Of a stretch of DNA of 64,000 bases, positions 57,940 to 64,000 are shown one piece after another. The stretch is from Chitinophagales bacterium. Its GTDB lineage: Bacteria; Bacteroidota; Bacteroidia; Chitinophagales; LD1. The notes below the pieces were generated by a model. It made no database searches, had not been told where the DNA came from, and saw only the letters and a program-made list of their open reading frames with translations. The position numbers and the translations under genes are program-made. Every line of letters starts with the position of its first letter. The stretch's first letter is position 1. The stretch covers positions 26,271 through 90,270 of the forward strand of contig JBGAVP010000001.1 of the NCBI GenBank assembly GCA_044228065.1, written 5' to 3'.

Positions 57940-60900
57940 TTAATTTTTTATGAATTTCTTCACTACCATTCTAGAAGGATCCTTTAAATCTTTAACCGTA
58001 GCAAAATACAATCCCCCGTTATAGTTGGTTAAATTAATGTCAATATTATCATCAAAACGATGTGTTTCTATAGTTTGACCTAAAGAGTTTGAAATCACAA
58101 CTTCGTACTCAGATGGCATATTCACATAAATATTAACTTGGCTTTGTGCAGGATTCGGGAATAATTTTGCATCAAAATTAAGTTTAGGTATTTCTTTAAT
58201 TCCTACGTTAGTAGCAGCATCCAAAACTGGAAACTCAATACTAGTTGGATTTTCAGGAGAAAAATGTACCCTTTGAATAGCCACACGAGGCGACATTTCT
58301 ACTCCATTATAAATGTAGGTTTGTCCATCGCCTGGGTTTCTTCTGAAAAATTCACCAGGGTTTAGAGGGAGATTAGGATTTACCTGATAGCGTGTAAAGT
58401 TAGAGCTACTAATTAAAACAACCACTTTATGTCCTTTACCCCAGCAGTAACCAATAGGAAGCATATTGAAATCATAGTTATAAATTTCGCCACTCGCTAC
58501 ATTCGTATATGGAATATGCTTGTCATCTTCTGATTCATCTAAATCGTTTATAGCTTTCACATAATCTCTAGCACGAGCATTACAGGCTCCTTCATTCACA
58601 AAATAGATTCTTCCATCAGGAAATTGATCTCCTATACGCACGTTCCAGTCGGTATCAGTAGAATCACCTGGTAAAGCACCAGCAGGATTCGTTTTTGCAA
58701 ATAAATTAACTCGAGGATAGCCTAAGATAGTAAGGGAGTCTTTTATGGGCTCACTCGTAAATTTAATGACTCCTTCTCTATCCATAGTAAAGGGAGCATT
58801 GGTAGGATCGGTCCATTCCATTTGGCCTTGACTGGTTCGCTCTCCATTAGGAGATTTTACTATCATATTTGCTCCTCCGACTGTTAAAATAGGGTCATTA
58901 GGGTCGTGGATATACATTCTCGTTCCTTCATCAATTACAGGAGCAGTATGGTTAAATGAACCGTCTTGATGTAAAAACATTTTTCTATGTTTGATTTTAT
59001 CAGTTACAGGAAACACATCTGATTCATACCAATAGTTACCGACTTTATCATTTCCAACAACACCTGCCAATTTATCTAAAGAATCGCTTGGCCCAGGAAT
59101 GTACATTCTAAAAGTAGGTACGTTATGGAAATCCTTTTTAGGAATTCCCCCTGCTGGAATTGGGTCAGTAATATTTAAACCAGTTCCACCAGTTCCAAGT
59201 GTAAGCGGTAGCGGAACTATTGCATAAACATAATTCGTATCAGTAGGCCCACTTCTTAAAGCGTAGGTAACTTGCTCTAAAGAATCTAAACCAGCTAAGA
59301 AGTTCAACATTTTCTCAAATGGAATTACATAATCATAAGCCGGCACCCTAATTTGTTTTCCAAAACTAAAGTCTTGCCATCTAGTTCCTGCCTTAATAAT
59401 AAATTTAGGTTCTCCTATAACTTTATCCGTATTGTAATTCAAATTATAACGAAACCAAGTAATAATATCAGAAGTTACTAGTTTGCCTAGGGGTAAGCCT
59501 GCAGCCACATCGATACCTCCAAGATCTATTTTTGTTATATCATTAACGTTGGAATTGTTAGTCCTATCGCCCGTAGTAGTACTACCTACAGTTTGGTGTG
59601 CCCAAGGACCAATCACTATTTTTTGTAAATTCTTAAAAGAATCTAAACCTAATGAACGTGTATAATTTAGCGTATTAATTTGACCACCAGTAAAAATATC
59701 CCACCATCCTGTTAAGTGAAAAACAGGAACCTGTAAATTTGTATATCGACTATAAGTAAGATTAGGTCTAGGAAGTTGAGTAGCACCATCCACTGATTCT
59801 CCTTGTGCATCTACTGGAGCAGCGCTTGCATCCATATCTGCACGACCTATAGAATTTGGATAAAACCCAGAAGGGCTCATTGGGTCGGTGGTATAGGATG
59901 GTTGTTTGTACCAAGGATAACGTACAGTACTAAAATGGTCAATAGAAATGTTAGCCGCTTCAAATTTGTTTTTCTGAGCAATACGCGTCACACGATTTAC
60001 TGTGTAGGGTTGAGGTAAATTATAATCAGAGGACGAGTGAATCGTATTGTCTCTGAACCCAGGTCCTGAAGCCTCATCAGCTGCATTCAAATCATCGTCT
60101 GTCCCTGTAAAAATTTGACCCTTTAACCACCCTGTCACAATTCTATTTCTGAAAACACCACCGTTATACCCTGTAGAAAGATAATGCTCAATGGTAGCAA
60201 CTATCGGGAACAAGCATTTTAATTCAGGAATGGAATCTAAAATACGATGTGCAGCCCCTAATTGTAATTGTGTATTTCCTAAAGCCGAGGCTCCAAACAT
60301 TCCTATACTTCCATTATTCAATCTGGTATTGGTGTGTGGTAATCCTTTATAATAATTTGCTACTTCAGCTATTGTTTTAGCATCACCCCATTGAACAATA
60401 TAAGCCGAGTCTATCTGTGCAATAGCTTTAATACTGTTGTATCCATCTTCATGTCTATTACTATGGCGAGGATCTGTGATAGGATATGCATCTAAAATGT
60501 GTCCGTTTAAAGGATGGTATCCGTTTTTATTCCAACTATCACTGTACATCGGGAAATAAACTCCTCCAGAAGAATATCTACCTCTCATATCTTGCAGCAT
60601 ATAATTGTAACCCATTATTGCTAAAATAGAACCAGCTGGGTCGTATTCATCAGGATTTCCTTTATTGTATGGAGTTCGGGTAAAAACTGTCGGTAACTGA
60701 TATGGGTTTGGATTTGGTTGCCCATTCAAAGTATCATAGTATAAAAGTTGCGCACCTTTAGGAATAAATTCAATATTAGCTCCCAGCAAATTTACACTCA
60801 ACGAATCACGTGTTCTGGCAACGTACATATCTGTAAAAAGTTTGGTTCCATCTGGCATTACCAATGGGATAGTGTACTTACTACAGAACTCCGAAAAATC

Positions 60901-60990
60901 ATCTAATTGACCATTATTAGCTTTGCTTTGCGCATTCGAGGAAGAGTACAAAAATGTAATGGCAGAAAAAAGAAGGAAAAACTTTTTCAT
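57940..60990 (-). CDS. CocE/NonD (S15) family serine hydrolase with a T9SS type A CTD
   Basis: MPDGTKL, RTPY, QDMRGRYSSGG, GMFGASALG (Ser), GWWD (Asp) and GPWAH (His); PepX_C-like region; LFPNP..KKFIKN CTD. Confidence 0.88.
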   Translation of the reverse strand: MKKFFLLFSAITFLYSSSNAQSKANNGQLDDFSEFCSKYTIPLVMPDGTKLFTDMYVARTRDSLSVNLLGANIEFIPKGAQLLYYDTLNGQPNPNPYQLPTVFTRTPYNKGNPDEYDPAGSILAIMGYNYMLQDMRGRYSSGGVYFPMYSDSWNKNGYHPLNGHILDAYPITDPRHSNRHEDGYNSIKAIAQIDSAYIVQWGDAKTIAEVANYYKGLPHTNTRLNNGSIGMFGASALGNTQLQLGAAHRILDSIPELKCLFPIVATIEHYLSTGYNGGVFRNRIVTGWLKGQIFTGTDDDLNAADEASGPGFRDNTIHSSSDYNLPQPYTVNRVTRIAQKNKFEAANISIDHFSTVRYPWYKQPSYTTDPMSPSGFYPNSIGRADMDASAAPVDAQGESVDGATQLPRPNLTYSRYTNLQVPVFHLTGWWDIFTGGQINTLNYTRSLGLDSFKNLQKIVIGPWAHQTVGSTTTGDRTNNSNVNDITKIDLGGIDVAAGLPLGKLVTSDIITWFRYNLNYNTDKVIGEPKFIIKAGTRWQDFSFGKQIRVPAYDYVIPFEKMLNFLAGLDSLEQVTYALRSGPTDTNYVYAIVPLPLTLGTGGTGLNITDPIPAGGIPKKDFHNVPTFRMYIPGPSDSLDKLAGVVGNDKVGNYWYESDVFPVTDKIKHRKMFLHQDGSFNHTAPVIDEGTRMYIHDPNDPILTVGGANMIVKSPNGERTSQGQMEWTDPTNAPFTMDREGVIKFTSEPIKDSLTILGYPRVNLFAKTNPAGALPGDSTDTDWNVRIGDQFPDGRIYFVNEGACNARARDYVKAINDLDESEDDKHIPYTNVASGEIYNYDFNMLPIGYCWGKGHKVVVLISSSNFTRYQVNPNLPLNPGEFFRRNPGDGQTYIYNGVEMSPRVAIQRVHFSPENPTSIEFPVLDAATNVGIKEIPKLNFDAKLFPNPAQSQVNIYVNMPSEYEVVISNSLGQTIETHRFDDNIDINLTNYNGGLYFATVKDLKDPSRMVVKKFIKN

Positions 60991-61015
60991 AAATGTGATT
61001 TTACAATTTAGAAAA

Positions 61016-61045
61016 TGAATTTATGTAAAGTTTACATTAAATTCA
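61016..61045. promoter_or_regulatory. Palindromic operator-like site upstream of the CocE-like gene
   Basis: TGAATTT-ATGTAAA-G-TTTACAT-T-AAATTCA. Confidence 0.45.
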
Positions 61046-61099
61046 AAATTAATAACCTAAAGAAAATCGTTTTGTTCGGAAAGTTGTGAAAGAGATGAA

Positions 61100-61107
61100 T
61101 ACTTTTG
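61100..61107 (+). promoter_or_regulatory. -7 promoter element for hflX
   Basis: TACTTTTG upstream of the ATG at 61156. Confidence 0.55.
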
Positions 61108-61155
61108 CTTCCTCAACCTTAAAAAACGAATCAAGAAAAGAGTTCAAGAAACACC

Positions 61156-62400
61156 ATGATTGAAAATAAATTAATAAAAATTGAAAAGGCTGTATTGGTA
61201 GGTTTGGTTACCAAAACACAGACCGAAGAACAACTCTTTGAATACCTCTCTGAATTGGAATTTTTAGCACGTACAGCGGGTGCTCAAACTGTGAAAAGTT
61301 TTTGGCAAAAAATGCAAACACCAGACAATAAAACGTATGTAGGAAAAGGGAAGCTGGAAGAGATAGCTGCTTATGTGGAAGACAAGCAAATAGACTTGGT
61401 CCTTTTAGATGACGAAGTATCACCTTCTCAACAAAGAAATATAGAGGCAATTGTGAAATGTAAAGTGCTCGATAGAAGCATGCTCATACTCGATATTTTT
61501 GCACAACGCGCACAAACTGTGCAAGCAAAAACACAAGTGGAATTAGCACAAATGCAATACATGCTCCCTCGTCTGAAAGGCTTATGGACACACTTAGATA
61601 GGGTAAAAGGAGGGATAGGGATGAAAGGCGCAGGAGAGAAAGAAATAGAAACCGATAGACGGATTGCCGAGAAAAAAATATCGCTCTTAAAATTAAAATT
61701 AAAAGAGATAGATAAGCAAAATGAAACTCGCAGAAAAAATCGCGCTGAAATGATTCGAGTAGCATTGGTGGGTTACACTAATGTGGGCAAATCTACACTC
61801 ATGAATTTACTGGCAAAAGAAACCATTTTAGCGGAAAATAAATTGTTCGCCACGCTCGACACTACGGTACGAAAAGTAGTGTTCAATGCCGTACCTTTTT
61901 TGCTCTCCGATACAGTAGGTTTTATCCGCAAATTACCGCATCACTTAGTGGAAAGTTTCAAGTCTACTTTAGATGAAACTTTAGAAGCAGATATTCTACT
62001 CCATGTGGTAGATATTTCGCACTCCGCTTTTCTAGACCAAATGAATGTAGTCAATCAAATTTTAGAAGAACTTGGGGCGCATACAAAACCCATGATTGTG
62101 GTCTTTAATAAAATGGATTTGTACGAGCAAAAAACCTTCGATGAATTTACCCCTTCGGAAGTGAAAAAATCACTGCTACAAGAGCTGCAAGATTCTTGGA
62201 TGGCCAAGACCAAAGAGAATGCCATTTTTGTGTCGGCTACACAAAACAGAAATACTGCTGAACTTCGTCAACTTATCTTTGAAAAGGTAAAGCATCTATA
62301 TAGGGAACGCTACCCTTACAAAGCAGGTTACTGGCAAGATTACACGCAGTTACAAAACCCTGAACCTGAAAAAAAAGTGGTGAAAAAGAAAGCGAAATAA
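61156..62400 (+). CDS. hflX: GTPase HflX
   Basis: LILDIFAQRA, GYTNVGKST, LFATLD, DTVGF and NKMD motifs. Confidence 0.97.
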   Translation: MIENKLIKIEKAVLVGLVTKTQTEEQLFEYLSELEFLARTAGAQTVKSFWQKMQTPDNKTYVGKGKLEEIAAYVEDKQIDLVLLDDEVSPSQQRNIEAIVKCKVLDRSMLILDIFAQRAQTVQAKTQVELAQMQYMLPRLKGLWTHLDRVKGGIGMKGAGEKEIETDRRIAEKKISLLKLKLKEIDKQNETRRKNRAEMIRVALVGYTNVGKSTLMNLLAKETILAENKLFATLDTTVRKVVFNAVPFLLSDTVGFIRKLPHHLVESFKSTLDETLEADILLHVVDISHSAFLDQMNVVNQILEELGAHTKPMIVVFNKMDLYEQKTFDEFTPSEVKKSLLQELQDSWMAKTKENAIFVSATQNRNTAELRQLIFEKVKHLYRERYPYKAGYWQDYTQLQNPEPEKKVVKKKAK

Positions 62401-62410
62401 AAATTGCTCT

Positions 62411-63121
62411 TTACGCAAACAAATTGTATTTCATAATACAATAAATAGCTCTGAAACCATCTCTCCAACCTATTTTCTTGCCTTCTTCATAGGTGCGACC
62501 GTAGTAAGAAATACCTACTTCGTAAATACGCACATTGGGATATCGCGACATTTTAGCAGTCACCTCTGGTTCAAATCCAAAACGAGTTTCTTTTAAATCT
62601 AAGGACTTTACAATATCGGCACGGAACAGCTTATAACAAGTTTCCATATCCGAAAGGTTCAAATTGGTAAACATATTAGAAGCAAAAGTCAACATCTTAT
62701 TACCGATAGTATGCCAGAAAAACAAAATTCTATGAGGTCTTCCCCCTGCAAAACGAGAGCCGTATACCACATCTGCAAAACCATCTAAAATGGGCTTCAG
62801 TAAAATATTAAACTCCTGTGGGTCGTACTCTAAATCTGCATCTTGTATTACTATAAAATCACCCGTAGCTTCTTTAATTCCAGTATGCAAAGCCGCCCCT
62901 TTCCCTTTGTTCACCTCGTGTTTACGGTATTGTATATTTTGATCGGGATTGTTTTTTTGGTAGGTTAAAATGGCCTCTTCGGTGTTATCTTTAGAGCAGT
63001 CGTTTACTATGATTATTTCCTTTTCTACTCCCCCTATCAGCTTCACTTCTTTTACTTTGTCTAAAATAAAATGGATTGTTTTCCCTTCGTTGTAGGCTGG
63101 AATAATAATAGAAAGTTTCAT
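62411..63121 (-). CDS. Glycosyltransferase family 2 (DPM-synthase-like)
   Basis: [29 protein letters not shown] and DMETCYK motifs. Confidence 0.93.
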   Translation of the reverse strand: MKLSIIIPAYNEGKTIHFILDKVKEVKLIGGVEKEIIIVNDCSKDNTEEAILTYQKNNPDQNIQYRKHEVNKGKGAALHTGIKEATGDFIVIQDADLEYDPQEFNILLKPILDGFADVVYGSRFAGGRPHRILFFWHTIGNKMLTFASNMFTNLNLSDMETCYKLFRADIVKSLDLKETRFGFEPEVTAKMSRYPNVRIYEVGISYYGRTYEEGKKIGWRDGFRAIYCIMKYNLFA

Positions 63122-63141
63122 GACGATTTTTTTAAGATGGG

Positions 63142-63179
63142 CAAAAATAAGTTTTATGTTCAATAATCCATTATTTTTG
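63142..63179. promoter_or_regulatory. Back-to-back divergent -7 elements for the GT2 gene (-) and recR (+)
   Basis: TATTTTTG on the minus strand at 63149-63142 and on the plus strand at 63172-63179. Confidence 0.55.
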
Positions 63180-63186
63180 AAAACTG

Positions 63187-63810
63187 ATGAAATATTCTTC
63201 CAAACTAATAGCAGATGCTGTTGCTGAATTTTCGAAACTTCCAGGCATAGGAGAAAAAACTTCTCTCCGCTTAGTGTTGCACCTATTAAAGCAAGACAGT
63301 AATAAAGTTGTTCATTTTAGCGATACCATTAGCAAGATGCGAAATGAAATAAAGTTTTGTTCCACTTGTCATAATATTTCTGACCATGAGTTGTGCGATG
63401 TATGCAGCAACAATATGCGAGACCATTCCATTGTGTGTATTGTAGAAAGTATACGAGATGTTATTGCAATAGAAAACACCAATATCTTTAGAGGAACTTA
63501 TCATGTTTTGGGTGGGCTAATTTCACCTATTGATGGAATAGGTCCTGATAAACTTAACATAGACTCTTTGGTTAAACGTGTGCAATCAGGAATAGTAAAA
63601 GAAGTAATTATGGCGCTTAGCACCACTATAGAAGGCGATACAACCATCTTTTATGTTTCTAAAAAACTAAAAGATTTTCCGGTCAAAATCACCTCTATAG
63701 CACGAGGTATCTCTTTTGGGGGCGAATTAGAATACACAGATGAATTGACCCTAGCACGTTCCATTGCTACCCGACTGCCCTATGAAAATGTTTTAGTGAA
63801 AAATAACTAA
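63187..63810 (+). CDS. recR: Recombination mediator RecR
   Basis: [22 protein letters not shown] and TIEGDTT (TOPRIM) motifs. Confidence 0.97.
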   Translation: MKYSSKLIADAVAEFSKLPGIGEKTSLRLVLHLLKQDSNKVVHFSDTISKMRNEIKFCSTCHNISDHELCDVCSNNMRDHSIVCIVESIRDVIAIENTNIFRGTYHVLGGLISPIDGIGPDKLNIDSLVKRVQSGIVKEVIMALSTTIEGDTTIFYVSKKLKDFPVKITSIARGISFGGELEYTDELTLARSIATRLPYENVLVKNN

Positions 63811-63814
63811 CGCT

Positions 63815-64000
63815 TTGAAACTATCTGTCATCATCGTTAATTACAATGTTCAGTATTTTCTGGAGCAGTGTCTGCTTTCTGTAAATAAAGCCACACAAAG
63901 TATTTCTTCCGAAATTTTTGTGGTAGACAACAACTCTTCTGATGGCTCAGTAGAAATGGTGCGTGAGAAATTTCCTGCCGTAAAATTAATAGCCAATAAA
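63815..64000 (+). CDS. Glycosyltransferase family 2 (5' part, runs off the window)
   Basis: TTG start; KLSVIIVNYNVQYFLEQCL..VVDNNSSDGS. Confidence 0.88.
   Translation, partial: MKLSVIIVNYNVQYFLEQCLLSVNKATQSISSEIFVVDNNSSDGSVEMVREKFPAVKLIANK

Overview
AT-rich, densely packed chromosomal segment of a Bacteroidota bacterium, probably Chitinophagales/Saprospirales-like. The assignment rests on TAnnTTTG -7 promoters, T9SS cargo and Bacteroidota-type gene order. Most of the window is core housekeeping genes: pdxH, recJ, kmo, lysS, comEC, class II nrdJ, a GGGP synthase, rsgA, dtd, clpP, fahA, ppk2, NAD kinase, obgE, adk, hflX and recR. Surface and secreted proteins are interspersed: a T9SS S8 protease, an SprB-like adhesin with its PorP/SprF partner, a T9SS CocE/NonD hydrolase, a 20-repeat LRR protein, a TonB-dependent receptor and a FISUMP lipoprotein. 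I see no rRNA, tRNA, CRISPR array, transposase, integrase or prophage. The least explained region is ~25.8-30 kb. It holds a stand-alone clpP coupled to an internally duplicated small protein, a helical HTH/TPR-like protein, a divergent Zn-ribbon-TM-HTH-like protein and a YgjP metallopeptidase, which together could be a proteolysis-controlled signalling module (inference only). All family calls come from motif recognition, not database searches.
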